Positions 31,163 to 44,033 are shown, counted from the stretch's first letter. The stretch: 64,000 nucleotides of DNA from Geopsychrobacteraceae bacterium (GCA_963662315.1 OY759353.1:96001-160000); one strand, 5' to 3'. Numbers and translations: made by a program. The notes: generated by a model not told the origin, from the sequence alone.

Positions 31163-31921
31163 ATGGCAAAAGCAACAGCGATTATTCCGGCACGTTTTGC
31201 ATCAACACGATTCCCAGGTAAACCTCTGGCCCTGCTTGCCGGTAAGCCGATGATTCAGCATGTCTGTGAACGGGTCTCCCGGGCTGAAGGTATCGGGCAG
31301 GTGATTGTTGCTACTGATGACCAACGTATTTTTGACGTGGTTGCTGGGTTTGGTGGTGAAGCCTTCATGACCCGGGATGATCACCCTACTGGAACGGACC
31401 GCCTGGCCGAAGTTGCTTCCCGGATCGACGCCGATCTGATTGTCAATGTGCAGGGGGATGAGCCTCTGGTCGACCCGCGGATGGTTGATGAAGCTGTTGC
31501 ACCCTTGTTGGCCGATGCCTCGATTCAGATGGGGACCGTTGCTGCAAAAATAGATGCTATCAATGATTTTTATAATCCGAACGTTGTCAAGGTGGTTCGG
31601 GATCTGAATAATTTTGCCTTGTATTTTTCCCGGGCGCCTATTCCATGGCCACGCGATCTGGACCGGAACCAGTTGTTCGAATCTCTGCCCTCCAGCCAGT
31701 ATTTGCGCCACATCGGTCTGTATGTTTATCGGCGCCAATTGTTGCTCGATTATCCAACCTGGCCCAAAACGCCCCTTGAGTCGCTTGAGAACCTTGAGCA
31801 GTTGCGGGCTCTTGAGCGTGGCATCCGATTGTATGTTGCGGAAACAGGCTTCAGCTGTCACGGGGTTGATACGCCAGAGGATCTGGTGCGCGTCGAACGT
31901 CTGCTGGAAGAATGGAAATAG
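31163..31921 (+). CDS. kdsB: CMP-KDO synthetase
   Basis: IPARFASTRFPGKPL, NVQGDEP, LEQLRALE. Confidence 0.97.
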   Translation: MAKATAIIPARFASTRFPGKPLALLAGKPMIQHVCERVSRAEGIGQVIVATDDQRIFDVVAGFGGEAFMTRDDHPTGTDRLAEVASRIDADLIVNVQGDEPLVDPRMVDEAVAPLLADASIQMGTVAAKIDAINDFYNPNVVKVVRDLNNFALYFSRAPIPWPRDLDRNQLFESLPSSQYLRHIGLYVYRRQLLLDYPTWPKTPLESLENLEQLRALERGIRLYVAETGFSCHGVDTPEDLVRVERLLEEWK

Positions 31922-32074
31922 TATTAATTAAGAGCTGTTGCACGTATTTGTTCAGGGTGGACAGTTTTTTGCATTCAGGGTTTTCATCCCTGATGAATAC
32001 GTGTAGAATCAGCCTTTAAATTGTGAACAGTAGTGTTGAAATATAATCATTCAGTCAGGAACGGAAATAAGTAG

Positions 32075-33681
<1,607 letters not shown>

Positions 33682-33682
<1 letters not shown>

Positions 33683-34506
33683 TGAAGCAGGTAAATGTCG
33701 GACCTGTTACTTTTGGTGGCTCTAAACAGTTGGTCCTGATTGCTGGACCTTGTGCTATTGAGAGTGAAGCGCTGGTTATGCGCACCGCCGAAGCACTGAA
33801 AGAAATCACCAGTGCGGTTGGCTGTGAACTGGTTTTTAAATCTTCTTATGATAAAGCCAACCGTACCTCTGTCACGTCTTTCCGTGGCCCCGGAATTGAT
33901 GAGGGGCTGCGTATTCTGCAACGCGTCAAGGACGAGTTTAACTTGCCGGTTATTTCTGATGTTCATGACATCTCACAGATTAAACCCGCTGCTGAGGTTC
34001 TGGATATTATACAGATTCCTGCGTTTTTATCTCGTCAGACAGATCTTCTGGTTGCTGCTGGCGAGAGCGGCAAAACGATTAATGTCAAAAAGGGGCAGTT
34101 TCTTGCTCCTTGGGATATTCAGCATGGCATTGGTAAGCTTGAAAGTACCGGTAATGAGAATATCCTGTTGACAGAGCGCGGTGTTTCCTTTGGCTATAAC
34201 AACCTGGTGACTGATATGCGCGCCCTGGTGATTATGCGTGAGATGGGATATCCGGTTATTTTTGATGCAACCCACTCGGTGCAATTACCTGGTGGCGCCG
34301 GCGGTTCTTCAGCCGGTCAGCGCCAGTATGTAGGGGCCTTGTCTCGTGCTGCCGCAGCAACCGGTATTGATGGCCTGTTCTGGGAAGTTCACGAAGATCC
34401 TGAGCATGCACTGTGTGATGGCCCGAATTCATTGCCGCTCGGCCAGGTCAGGGCCATGCTTGAGCAAATTCTGGCCTTTGATGCTATTTTCAAACAGTCA
34501 GCGTGA
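33682..34506 (+). CDS. kdsA: KDO8P synthase
   Basis: AGPCAIE, KANRTS, FDATHSVQ. Confidence 0.98.
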
Positions 34507-34517
34507 GGTTTCATTTC

Positions 34518-35480
34518 ATGATAGATACCGCAAAAAAGGTACTTCAGATTGAAGCTGACGCAGTGTTGGCGCTTCAGGACCGCATTGATGAAAAGTTTGA
34601 AAAAGCCGTTCAGATAATTCTCCAGTGTCGTGGCAAAGTTGTTGTGACCGGCATGGGTAAGTCCGGACTGATCTGCCAGAAAATCGCAGCGACGATGGCT
34701 TCAACCGGGACCCCGACGTTTTTCCTGCATCCTGCCGAAGGGATTCATGGTGATCTTGGCATGCTGTCCAAGGGGGATGTGGTCATCGCTGTTTCTTATT
34801 CCGGGGAAACTGAAGAGGTCTGCCGGATTTTGCCGGTTATCAAACGCATGGGATTGCCGTTGATTACCATGTCGGGCAATCCGAAGAGTACCTTGGGTGT
34901 TGCCGGCGATGTGCATTTGAACGTTCACGTTGAGGAAGAGGCTTGCCCTCTGGGATTGGCGCCAACAGCGAGTACTACTGCAACCCTGGCTATGGGGGAT
35001 GCTGTTGCGGTTGCCTTGCTTGACCAACGTGGTTTTAAGGCTGAAGATTTTGCCATGTTTCATCCTGGAGGATCCCTTGGCAAAAAGTTGCTGCTACGAG
35101 TCGAGGATCTGATGCATGGTGCGGATGAAATTCCTCTGGTTTCGGAGGCGACTCTGGTTCGGGAAGCACTTTTTGAAATCACCAGTAAGCAGCTGGGGGT
35201 TACTGGTGTTGTCGATGCTCAGGGTGGTTTAAGCGGCGTATTTACCGACGGGGATTTGCGGCGTTTGATGGAACAGGGGCTCAGCAGTCTGGAGCTGCCG
35301 ATCAGTAAGGTTATGTCCCGTTCACCAAAACGGATTTTGCAGCGTAATCTGGCCGCCAAGGCGGTTCAGGTCATGGAGTCTCATTCGATTACTTCTCTGT
35401 TTGTATTTGCAGATGAAGACCAGGTCGTTCCGGTTGGAATCATCCACTTGCACGATCTGTTGAAGTCGGGAGTTGTCTGA
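34518..35480 (+). CDS. kdsD: arabinose-5-phosphate isomerase (KdsD/KpsF/GutQ)
   Basis: GMGKSG, HGDLG, EACPLGLAPT, CBS pair. Confidence 0.95.
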   Translation: MIDTAKKVLQIEADAVLALQDRIDEKFEKAVQIILQCRGKVVVTGMGKSGLICQKIAATMASTGTPTFFLHPAEGIHGDLGMLSKGDVVIAVSYSGETEEVCRILPVIKRMGLPLITMSGNPKSTLGVAGDVHLNVHVEEEACPLGLAPTASTTATLAMGDAVAVALLDQRGFKAEDFAMFHPGGSLGKKLLLRVEDLMHGADEIPLVSEATLVREALFEITSKQLGVTGVVDAQGGLSGVFTDGDLRRLMEQGLSSLELPISKVMSRSPKRILQRNLAAKAVQVMESHSITSLFVFADEDQVVPVGIIHLHDLLKSGVV

Positions 35481-35998
35481 TGGATAAGAAGCTGGCGGCC
35501 ATTAAAATGCTGTTGCTCGATGTTGACGGGGTGCTGACCGATGGGCGGATCATCTATGACAACGAGGGCAACGAGATGAAGGCTTTTGACGTCAAGGACG
35601 GTCATGGCCTGAAAATGCTTCAGAGGGCTGGGATTAAGGTCGGTGTTATCACCGGGCGTTCCTCTGCGGTGGTTCAACGCCGTGCCGAGGAGCTTGGTTT
35701 CGATGCTCTGTTCCAGGGGGCTTTGACCAAGCTTGAGCCATATGGACAGGTTTTGCAGGAATTTGGTCTGGCTGATCACGAGGTCGCTTATGTCGGCGAT
35801 GACCTGGTTGATCTGCCGATCCTGCGGCGGGTAGGTTTCAGCGCGACTGTTGCTGATGCTGTCCCTGATCTATTGCCGCTGGTTGATTATGTCTGTAAGC
35901 GTCCGGGCGGGCGTGGCGCGGTTAGGGAAATCTGCGACCTGCTGCTGCGGGCTCAGCAACAGTGGGATGCTTTGACACAGCGCTATTTCGTCGATTGA
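35480..35998 (+). CDS. kdsC: KDO8P phosphatase
   Basis: DVDGVLTDG, GDDLVD, GGRGAVRE. Confidence 0.95.
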   Translation: MDKKLAAIKMLLLDVDGVLTDGRIIYDNEGNEMKAFDVKDGHGLKMLQRAGIKVGVITGRSSAVVQRRAEELGFDALFQGALTKLEPYGQVLQEFGLADHEVAYVGDDLVDLPILRRVGFSATVADAVPDLLPLVDYVCKRPGGRGAVREICDLLLRAQQQWDALTQRYFVD

Positions 35999-36037
35999 CG
36001 TGTATATCTGTTGTTTTAAGGCCGGGAGCCCGTACCG

Positions 36038-36598
36038 TTGAAAGCTAAGCATGTCCTCGGCATATTCATAATAATAACGGTTGTCCTTCTTGCTGTTGTT
36101 ATTACCAGGCATACCCTTGAACAGCCGCTTGCCGAAGTTGTGGAATCGTTGCCGGACAATGTTGATGTCGCGTTGACCAATCTACATTATTCCCACAATG
36201 AAAACGGTATTCGGCAATGGGTCCTTGATGCCGATGAGGCAGAATATCAGCGCCAGGCGGGTCTTGCTCAGTTGTCAAACATCAGGTTGAAGTTTTTTAA
36301 AGCCGGATCTTTTTCTGAGATTGTGCTCTCAGCAAGGCATGGCACGTTTGATCAGAGCCGTAATCGGATAGAAATCTGGGATGATGTCCTGATCACGACG
36401 GACCGGCATGATCAGTTAACTCTTGACCGTCTCGTTTATGATCAGGCACTGAGGCAATTCAGCTCGGATGGTCCGGTAGCATATAAATCGTCTCAAATGT
36501 CGCTAGCGGGTCGTGGTTTACTGCTGAATATTGCGGAAGGTTCCCTGCTGATCAAGGAGCAGGTCCGGGCTCATTTGGAGCCGCAGACAGACAGGTAG
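36038..36598 (+). CDS. lptC: LPS export protein LptC
   Basis: N-terminal TM anchor, beta-rich body, position between kdsC and lptA. Confidence 0.85.
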   Translation: MKAKHVLGIFIIITVVLLAVVITRHTLEQPLAEVVESLPDNVDVALTNLHYSHNENGIRQWVLDADEAEYQRQAGLAQLSNIRLKFFKAGSFSEIVLSARHGTFDQSRNRIEIWDDVLITTDRHDQLTLDRLVYDQALRQFSSDGPVAYKSSQMSLAGRGLLLNIAEGSLLIKEQVRAHLEPQTDR

Positions 36599-36604
36599 AT
36601 TCCC

Positions 36605-37105
36605 ATGCGTTATGTGTTTTGTTTATTAATTCTTTTGGGCGGATTGATGGTTACGCCAGGTCATGCTGCGCAACCATTGGCGGGGATGAATTTCAGTGAA
36701 CCCCTGGAAATCTCTTCGCAGAAGCTTGAAGTTTTTCAGAATGATCGGAAAACGGTGTTCTCCGGTCAGGTCGTAGCCCGGCAAAATGAGTTTCAGCTGA
36801 ATGCCGACCGGCTCACGGTTTTTTATAATGACAAGCAGAATCAGATTGTTCGCCTCGAAGCCGACGGCCAGGTACGGGTTGTTCAATTGGACCGTCAGGC
36901 TCAGGCAGATTATGCAGTTTTCAGCCAGGCTGACCAGCAGTTGGTCTTGCGGGGGCATGCACTGTTGCAGCAGGGGGCGAATCAGGTTGCCGGTGAAGAG
37001 ATCGTTTTTGATCTGGTGAACAATACCAGCGTTGTGAAGAGTTCGGGAGACGGTCGGGTCAAAGCGACCATTCTTCCGCCACAAAAGGGGCCATCAGGGC
37101 AGTGA
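36605..37105 (+). CDS. lptA: LPS transport periplasmic protein LptA
   Basis: Signal peptide, OstA-like [16 protein letters not shown]; synteny. Confidence 0.88.
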   Translation: MRYVFCLLILLGGLMVTPGHAAQPLAGMNFSEPLEISSQKLEVFQNDRKTVFSGQVVARQNEFQLNADRLTVFYNDKQNQIVRLEADGQVRVVQLDRQAQADYAVFSQADQQLVLRGHALLQQGANQVAGEEIVFDLVNNTSVVKSSGDGRVKATILPPQKGPSGQ

Positions 37106-37827
37106 GCCGTCAACTTCAAGCGATTGATTTAGAAAAGAGCTATGGCAAACGTCAGGTCGTTTGCGGTGTGAGTCTTAAGGTGTGTTCCGGCCAAGTTATT
37201 GGCCTGCTTGGTCCTAATGGGGCCGGCAAGACAACCAGCTTTTATATGGTTGTCGGACTCGCCCAGCCCGATAAGGGGGGGGTGTTCCTTGATGACGAAG
37301 AGATTACCGCTGTTCCCATGTATCAACGTGCCAGGGCCGGTATTTCGTATCTGCCGCAAGAAGCGTCCATTTTTCGTAAACTGACAGTTGCTGAAAACCT
37401 GCTGGCTATTATTGAGACTCTTGGGTTAAGCTCGGTCGATGAAAAGCAGCGTCTTGAAGAGCTGCTAGTCGATCTGAATATTGCCCATATTCGCGACTCA
37501 AAAGGCTATGCACTTTCCGGGGGGGAGAGGCGCCGGGTTGAGATTGCCAGGTCACTGGTCCTGAATCCTGATTTTCTGTTGTTGGACGAACCGTTTGCCG
37601 GTATTGACCCTATTGCTGTTATCGATATTCAAAATATCATAAAACAGCTCAAGGCCCGCGGCATCGGGATCCTGATTTCTGACCACAATGTCCGTGAAAC
37701 CCTGGGTGTATGTGATCAGGCGTATATTCTCAATCAGGGACGGGTTCTGGAGTATGGCACCCCTGAGGCTATCGCTGAAAGCCCCGTGGCACGCGAGATT
37801 TACCTTGGAGATAAATTTAGACTTTAA
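37102..37827 (+). CDS. lptB: LPS export ABC ATPase
   Basis: [37 protein letters not shown]. Confidence 0.97.
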   Translation: MSRQLQAIDLEKSYGKRQVVCGVSLKVCSGQVIGLLGPNGAGKTTSFYMVVGLAQPDKGGVFLDDEEITAVPMYQRARAGISYLPQEASIFRKLTVAENLLAIIETLGLSSVDEKQRLEELLVDLNIAHIRDSKGYALSGGERRRVEIARSLVLNPDFLLLDEPFAGIDPIAVIDIQNIIKQLKARGIGILISDHNVRETLGVCDQAYILNQGRVLEYGTPEAIAESPVAREIYLGDKFRL

Positions 37828-37900
37828 TTGATAGTTGGGTATCTGGCTCTGCTATTGTTGTTTCTTGCCTACTAACTTTTGACTGGATTAGAACAAGACT

Positions 37901-39349
37901 ATGGCTCTAGATCTTCGCTTACAGGTTAAACTCAGCCAACAGCTGGTAATGACACCGCAACTGCAGCAGGCGATTAAGTTGTTACAGCTATCGCGTATGG
38001 AGCTGGTCGATGTCGTTAATCAGGAATTGGCTGAAAATCCTTTGCTCGAGGAAGGTCAGGATACCAAAGAAGAGCGTGAAGATGTGTCTTTGACTGATGA
38101 AACGCCTGAATCTTATGAATCTTCGCCAGAGCAGGAAATCAAAGGTGAAGATGAAGGGATGGGCGATATTGATTGGCAGACGTATCTGGAAGGGTACAGT
38201 TTGTCCAGCAGTGACAGTCGGGACAGTTATGAAGACCTTGAAGAGCGTCCATCATATGAAAGTCTTCTGACCAAGAAGAACAGTCTTTACGATCATTTGA
38301 TGTGGCAGTTGAGTCTCTCTTCCTTTACTGAAGAAGAACTTGTTGTTGCCACTGAGATTATCGGTAACCTTGATGAGTCCGGGTATCTTAAATCCAGTAT
38401 TGAAGAAATTGTCGAAATCACCCAACTGGAGCCTGAATTTGTTGAGGTGGTGCTCTACAAAGTGCAGCAATTTGATCCGGCCGGAGTTGCCTGTCGCGAT
38501 CTCCAGGAATGTCTGATTCTTCAGCTTGAGCGGGTTGATCTCGATGAGTCTCTGGCTGCTGATATTCTGAATAACTGTCTTGCCGAACTTGAAGGGCGTA
38601 AATATCCAGTTATCGCAAAAATGCTAAAGGTGTCTCTTGAGGAAGTACTGACTGCTGCCAAGCTGATTTCAGAACTGGATCCGCGTCCCGGGCGGGCTTA
38701 TAATGAAGAAGACATACACTACATATCTCCGGATATTTTTGTCCACAAAGTCGGCGATGAGTATGTTGTGACGCAAAATGATGAAGGTTTGCCTAATCTG
38801 CGCATCAATTCTTTTTATCGCAATGCCTTAAGTAACAGTTCCAGCGTGGATAAAAAGGCGGGGGAATACATTCAGGATAAAATGCGCAGTGCGGTCTGGT
38901 TGATCAAGAGCATTCATCAGCGCCAGCGAACAATTTATAAGGTGACAAAAAGTATTGTCAAATTTCAGCGCGATTTCTTTGATTACGGTATTGAACACCT
39001 GAAACCCTTGGTGTTGCGGGATGTCGCCGAAGACATTGAAATGCACGAATCGACCGTCAGCCGTGTAACCACCAATAAATATGTGCAGACCCCTCAGGGG
39101 CTGTTTGAGCTGAAATTCTTTTTTAACAGTGGTATCAATACAGCAGATGGTGATGCTGTTGCCTCTGAGAGTGTCAAAAGCCGGATTAAGGAAATAATCG
39201 GTGGGGAAGATCCGAAAAAACCTTATTCCGATCAGAAAATAGTGGCACTTCTCAAGGAGCAGGATATTAATATTGCGCGCCGGACGGTTACCAAATATCG
39301 CGAGATGCTTGGTCTCGGATCTTCAACTGAGCGCAAGCGTCTGTTCTGA
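37901..39349 (+). CDS. rpoN: RNA polymerase sigma-54 factor
   Basis: MTPQLQQAIKLLQL, HESTVSR, RpoN box ARRTVTKYR. Confidence 0.99.
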   Translation: MALDLRLQVKLSQQLVMTPQLQQAIKLLQLSRMELVDVVNQELAENPLLEEGQDTKEEREDVSLTDETPESYESSPEQEIKGEDEGMGDIDWQTYLEGYSLSSSDSRDSYEDLEERPSYESLLTKKNSLYDHLMWQLSLSSFTEEELVVATEIIGNLDESGYLKSSIEEIVEITQLEPEFVEVVLYKVQQFDPAGVACRDLQECLILQLERVDLDESLAADILNNCLAELEGRKYPVIAKMLKVSLEEVLTAAKLISELDPRPGRAYNEEDIHYISPDIFVHKVGDEYVVTQNDEGLPNLRINSFYRNALSNSSSVDKKAGEYIQDKMRSAVWLIKSIHQRQRTIYKVTKSIVKFQRDFFDYGIEHLKPLVLRDVAEDIEMHESTVSRVTTNKYVQTPQGLFELKFFFNSGINTADGDAVASESVKSRIKEIIGGEDPKKPYSDQKIVALLKEQDINIARRTVTKYREMLGLGSSTERKRLF

Positions 39350-39447
39350 AAAAGTTACTTAAAGGGGTGTATGACGCCTAATTCTGCGTTATAATTACAA
39401 TTAACCCAGGTTCTATACCAGAACCTGTTCTTGCAAGGAGGCTGCTT

Positions 39448-39996
39448 ATGCAAATAACCGTTACCTTCCGTCATATGGAAAGCAGTGACGCCGTGCGCAG
39501 TTATGTCGAAGAAAAACTCGCTCGCGTAAAAAAGTATATTGATGAGCCGATCGACGCTCAGGTTGTGTTATCAGTTCAAAAGAAAATAAACCACCGTGCT
39601 GAAGTGACCATGGTTGCCAAAGGTCTGACGATGAAGAGCATGGAGGAAAAAGATGATATGTATGCAGCCATCGATCTGATGGTTGATAAAATTGAACGTC
39701 AGCTGAAACGCTATAAAGAAAAACTGAAACAACACAAAGGGACCACGACGAGCCAGCGGTTGGTGGCCAAGACCGTTCTTTCGGCAGTCAGTGTTGATGA
39801 GGGGCACGAGAGTCCCGAGATCATCCGTAGTCATTCCTTCTTTGTTAAACCGATGTCTGTAGAAGAAGCGGTTATGCAGATGGACCTGCTGAATAAAGAC
39901 TTTCTGGTATTTACCGATGACCGCTCGGAAGAAATGAATGTTGTTTATCGCCGTAAGGACGGTAATTACGGTTTAATCGTCCCTCAGGGAAGTTAA
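39448..39996 (+). CDS. hpf: ribosome hibernation promoting factor (long form)
   Basis: DMYAAID...IERQLKRYKEK plus C-terminal KPMSVEEAVMQM...YRRKDGNYGLI. Confidence 0.95.
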   Translation: MQITVTFRHMESSDAVRSYVEEKLARVKKYIDEPIDAQVVLSVQKKINHRAEVTMVAKGLTMKSMEEKDDMYAAIDLMVDKIERQLKRYKEKLKQHKGTTTSQRLVAKTVLSAVSVDEGHESPEIIRSHSFFVKPMSVEEAVMQMDLLNKDFLVFTDDRSEEMNVVYRRKDGNYGLIVPQGS

Positions 39997-40013
39997 TTAT
40001 ATACGGGTGTTAA

Positions 40014-40048
40014 CGGGCCTGTTCCGGTATTTGGCCGGGACAGGCCCG
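40014..40048 (+). other. GC-rich intergenic hairpin after hpf
   Basis: CGGGCCTGTTCCGGT...GCCGGGACAGGCCCG, about 15 bp including G-U pairs. Confidence 0.65.
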
Positions 40049-40078
40049 AGCCTTCTCTTGCTAATAAAGAAACTTGTT

Positions 40079-40534
40079 ATGAAAATTTCTGAATTATTGA
40101 ATCCTGAAGCAATCGTTGCCGATCTGAGCGCAAAAGATAAAAGTGCTGCTTTGGCAGAGTTGACCGATGCCTTGATAGTCTGTGAACCCGGTCTTGACCG
40201 TGACGCAGTCATCGCCGTGTTGCAAGAACGTGAAAAACTAGGCAGTACAGGAATTGGAGATGGCGTCGCAATTCCTCATGGCAAATTACCAGGATTGCCT
40301 GAGTTGAAATTGGCGTTCGGACGGAGTCGGGGGGGGGTTGATTTTGAATCAATGGATGGCCAGCCCGCTTTCTTGTTCTTTCTTTTGGTTGCACCCGAAG
40401 AATCGGTTGGTGTCCACCTGAAAACCTTAGCCCGTATTTCCAAGTTGTTGAAAGATTCAACTGTACGCAAACAGCTGATTGACGCTGGCGATGCCAAGGA
40501 TATTTATCAGATTATCGTTGATGAGGAGGGGTAG
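40079..40534 (+). CDS. ptsN: PTS IIA (Ntr/Fru type)
   Basis: REKLGSTGIGDGVAIPHG. Confidence 0.92.
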   Translation: MKISELLNPEAIVADLSAKDKSAALAELTDALIVCEPGLDRDAVIAVLQEREKLGSTGIGDGVAIPHGKLPGLPELKLAFGRSRGGVDFESMDGQPAFLFFLLVAPEESVGVHLKTLARISKLLKDSTVRKQLIDAGDAKDIYQIIVDEEG

Positions 40535-40589
40535 CCCCTCATGTCCGCTCTTTATAGGCGAATAGTGGTGTATAAGCACGAGGGATTTT

Positions 40590-41564
40590 ATGCCGAAGCT
40601 CTCCATACAGGAAATTCTAGACGAAACGGAAGCCGGGCTTGATCTCGAACTGCTTGCCGGAGCCGATGGGCTGAACAAGTGTATTTCTGTTCCTAGAATT
40701 CAGAAGCCCGGCCTGGCCTTGGCCGGGTATATTGACAGTCTGCATGCCGACAGGGCGCAAATTCTCGGGGCCACGGAATTAAGTTTTTTAGCCGGCATGC
40801 CGGAAGAAAAGGCTAGAGAACAAGTCGAGCAACTTTGCCAGCGGGACCTGTCCTGCCTGATTGTGACCAAGAATCAGGTTGTTCCTGCTTATCTTATTGA
40901 GTCTGCCAACCGTGGTAATACCCCTCTGCTAAGAACCAGCCATCTCAGTTCTCATTTTATTTCGCTGATCACCCGCTTCCTTGAGGAACGTCTGTTGCCG
41001 ACATCAACACTTCATGGAGTTCTTGTTGATGTCCTTGGCATGGGGGTCCTGATTCAGGGGAAAAGCGGGGTTGGAAAGAGTGAGTGTGCTTTGGAATTGA
41101 TTCTCCGTGGTCACCGGCTAGTGGCCGATGATATCGTTAAAGTGCGCTTTAAGCTACCGTCAGTCGTCTTTGGGGAGGGGATGGATCTGCTCCATCATCA
41201 TATGGAGATCCGTGGCCTGGGTATTATCAATCTGAAGCATCTTTTTGGGGTCGCTGCTATTCGGGAACGAAAAAAAATTGATCTGGTTGTTGAGCTGGTC
41301 GCCTGGAATGAGCAGGAAACCTATGACCGCCTTGGGGTCGATGATATGACATTCAACCTGCATGGTGTAGAGTTGCCATTTGTCAGGGTGCCCGTCGCTC
41401 CAGGGCGCAATATCAGCTCCATTGTCGAGGTTGCAGCTCGTAACCAGTTACTGAAAGAAATGGGTTACCACAGTGCCCGCGAATTTCAGGAGCTCCTTGA
41501 ACGACGTATGGCCGAGGCCGCACAGCTTCATTCTCATACGATTATTGGAGATGATCTCGAATGA
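40590..41564 (+). CDS. hprK: HPr(Ser) kinase/phosphorylase
   Basis: GKSGVGKSE, RGHRLVADD, EIRGLGII. Confidence 0.97.
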   Translation: MPKLSIQEILDETEAGLDLELLAGADGLNKCISVPRIQKPGLALAGYIDSLHADRAQILGATELSFLAGMPEEKAREQVEQLCQRDLSCLIVTKNQVVPAYLIESANRGNTPLLRTSHLSSHFISLITRFLEERLLPTSTLHGVLVDVLGMGVLIQGKSGVGKSECALELILRGHRLVADDIVKVRFKLPSVVFGEGMDLLHHHMEIRGLGIINLKHLFGVAAIRERKKIDLVVELVAWNEQETYDRLGVDDMTFNLHGVELPFVRVPVAPGRNISSIVEVAARNQLLKEMGYHSAREFQELLERRMAEAAQLHSHTIIGDDLE

Positions 41565-42421
41565 TCAGCCGTCTTCTCGTTATTACCGGTTTGTCCGGTT
41601 CCGGCAAGTCTACAGCAGCTCGAGCCCTCGAGGATCAGGGCTTCTTCGTTGTTGATAACCTACCTCTGGTCATGCTGCCAGACTTTGTCCGGCGTGCTGA
41701 AGAGGGGTTACAGGACAAGGCCAATGTCGCTGTTGTCATTGATGTCCGGAATCGCGGGTTTCTGGTCGATCAGGGGGGGACGTTTGACAGTTTACGCCAT
41801 GCAGGTTACCGTCTCGATATCCTGTTTATTGAGGCCGCTGATGATGTTTTGCTACGGCGTTATTCAGAGACCCGCCGCCTGCATCCCCTGGCTCTTTCTG
41901 ATTCAGTTATGGACGGTATCCAGCGTGAACGCCAGCAGTTGCGCCTGTTACGTGAAAGCGCGACCCAAATTATCGACAGCAGTAATCTGACCACCCTGCA
42001 ACTTAAAAATTCGATGCTGACCTGGTTGGGTGAAGATCAGCAATCCGCCTTGATTGTCAATCTTGAGTCCTTTGGTTATCGCTATGGAGTGCCACCGGCT
42101 GCCGATCTGGTTTTTGATGTTCGTTTTTTGCCAAATCCGCACTATATTGATCACTTACGTCCTTTGACCGGGTGCGATCCTGTTCTGCGTGAATACGTAC
42201 TTGGGCAGCCTGTGTGCCAGGAATTTCTTGGTCATCTGAAACAATTACTGGAATTTCTCATTCCTCATTATCATAATGAGGGGAAGAGTTATTTAACGAT
42301 TGCAATTGGTTGTACCGGTGGAAGACATCGCAGTGTGTCGATTGTTGAGTATTTGCACAATAACTTCCCTGCCTCGCGCGTTGAGATGCGTGTTCAGCAT
42401 CGGGATATCGCAAAGGGTTGA
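41561..42421 (+). CDS. rapZ: RNase adapter RapZ family
   Basis: TGLSGSGKS, VDNLP, DVRFLPNP, GCTGGRHRSV. Confidence 0.95.
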   Translation: MISRLLVITGLSGSGKSTAARALEDQGFFVVDNLPLVMLPDFVRRAEEGLQDKANVAVVIDVRNRGFLVDQGGTFDSLRHAGYRLDILFIEAADDVLLRRYSETRRLHPLALSDSVMDGIQRERQQLRLLRESATQIIDSSNLTTLQLKNSMLTWLGEDQQSALIVNLESFGYRYGVPPAADLVFDVRFLPNPHYIDHLRPLTGCDPVLREYVLGQPVCQEFLGHLKQLLEFLIPHYHNEGKSYLTIAIGCTGGRHRSVSIVEYLHNNFPASRVEMRVQHRDIAKG

Positions 42422-42424
42422 TGA

Positions 42425-42823
42425 ATGATTGGTCTGGTTATTATTTCTCATGGCAGACTCGCTGCAGAACTGGTTCTCTCTGCTGAGATGATCATTGGTC
42501 CCCTGGAAAAAACCGCCAGTGTAAATATTGATCGCCAGATGTCGCCTGATGCTGCAGTGAAGGAGCTGCGTGCGGCTGTCGCTGCAGCAGGCGTCGATGA
42601 GGACGGGGTTATCATTCTGACCGATTTATTCGGTGGTACGCCGACCAATCTCAGTGTTGAGTTTCTGTCTAGTGGACAGGTTGAAATTATCACTGGCGTG
42701 AATCTGCCTATGGTATTGAAGTGTGCAAGTGGCAGGCTTAATAAAGGGCTTTCAGAATTAGCGTCGTTTCTAAAGGATTACGCTAAAGAGGCAATTATCC
42801 GCCCGAGTGAGCTGCTAAGATAA
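42425..42823 (+). CDS. PTS mannose-family IIA
   Basis: ISHG, TDLFGGTP, GVNLPM. Confidence 0.93.
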   Translation: MIGLVIISHGRLAAELVLSAEMIIGPLEKTASVNIDRQMSPDAAVKELRAAVAAAGVDEDGVIILTDLFGGTPTNLSVEFLSSGQVEIITGVNLPMVLKCASGRLNKGLSELASFLKDYAKEAIIRPSELLR

Positions 42824-42847
42824 ACTGACAGAAATTTGAGGCGTTTT

Positions 42848-43336
42848 ATGTCCCTTGTGTTAACACGTGTCGACAACAGATTAATACACGGTCAGGTATT
42901 GGAATCCTGGGTGCCTTTTCTCCAGGCTGACTGTATTCTGGTTGCCAATGATGATATTGCCGGTAATCCTCTTAAAAAAATGATGATGCAGGCTTCTGTC
43001 CCGAGTCGCATGAAGGTTGAAATCGGTCGCGTTGAACAGATTGCCAGTCTGCTTAAGGACGGTCAGTATCAGAATTCTAAAATTCTGCTGCTTTTCGGGA
43101 CCACCACAGATGCACTGAAGGCCTTTCGTCTCGGGCTTGAATTTGCCCAGCTGAATTTGGGCAACCTGCATGCGGAAAGAGGCAAAGCGCAATTGTGCTG
43201 TACGGTTTTTCTTGATCCTGCGGATGTTGAAGATCTTGAATATCTTGATCGGCATGGTGTTGATATCTCTGCGCGCTGTATTCCCGCGGATAATGCCCGA
43301 CCTTGGCGTAAGCTGGTCCCATTGGCAAAGGGGTAG
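42848..43336 (+). CDS. PTS mannose-family IIB
   Basis: RVDNRLIHGQV, LNLGN. Confidence 0.93.
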   Translation: MSLVLTRVDNRLIHGQVLESWVPFLQADCILVANDDIAGNPLKKMMMQASVPSRMKVEIGRVEQIASLLKDGQYQNSKILLLFGTTTDALKAFRLGLEFAQLNLGNLHAERGKAQLCCTVFLDPADVEDLEYLDRHGVDISARCIPADNARPWRKLVPLAKG

Positions 43337-43341
43337 GATGA

Positions 43342-44031
43342 TTGTTTGAAAGCGTTCTGTTAGGAGGACTGGCCAGCCTCATCTGTGGACTTGATCGTAT
43401 TGCTGTCATGCAGATCATGCTTTCGCGGCCGCTTGTCGCCGCGCCACTGACGGCCTGGCTGTTGGGAGCCCCTGAACTAGGTTTGCAGGTCGGCATCATG
43501 CTTGAGCTACTCTGGTTGGCGCGCTTGCCGGTTGGAGCAGCAGTTCCCCCTGATGATACCCAGGTTGCCGTGGCTGCTGCCGTTCTTTCCGTCTTTTTTT
43601 CCGCAGAGTACCCCGACGCGGGAATAGCCATCGTCGTATTGTGTTTATTGGTATGTTTACCGTTTGGCAAAATAGGTCAATATTTTGATCATTATGCGCG
43701 GCAGTTTAATAACCGGCTGCCGAGAACCGCTGAAGAAATGATTGAACGGGGAGCTTTACGTCAGGCAGAACTGCAGCATCTGCGCGGTCTTCTGGATTTT
43801 AGCATTGCGATTGTTTGTACGTATCTGGTTGTTATTGGCGGTGGACTACTGATGATTCCGCTTCTGTGGCCACCCTTTCAGGCTGTGCTTGTCAGCTCCA
43901 GCCCCTGGTTGATGTTGGCCTTGCCCCTGGTTGGTATTGCGGTTATTTTGGGAACCATCAATGTCAGCCGTGCTCTGACTCTGTTCAGTGCTGCCTTCGG
44001 TATGGCATTTCTGTTGTTGTGGCTGGTTTAG
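43342..44031 (+). CDS. PTS mannose-family IIC
   Basis: SRPLV, ELLWL...PVGAAVPPD; hydrophobic. Confidence 0.88.
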   Translation: MFESVLLGGLASLICGLDRIAVMQIMLSRPLVAAPLTAWLLGAPELGLQVGIMLELLWLARLPVGAAVPPDDTQVAVAAAVLSVFFSAEYPDAGIAIVVLCLLVCLPFGKIGQYFDHYARQFNNRLPRTAEEMIERGALRQAELQHLRGLLDFSIAIVCTYLVVIGGGLLMIPLLWPPFQAVLVSSSPWLMLALPLVGIAVILGTINVSRALTLFSAAFGMAFLLLWLV

Positions 44032-44033
44032 CT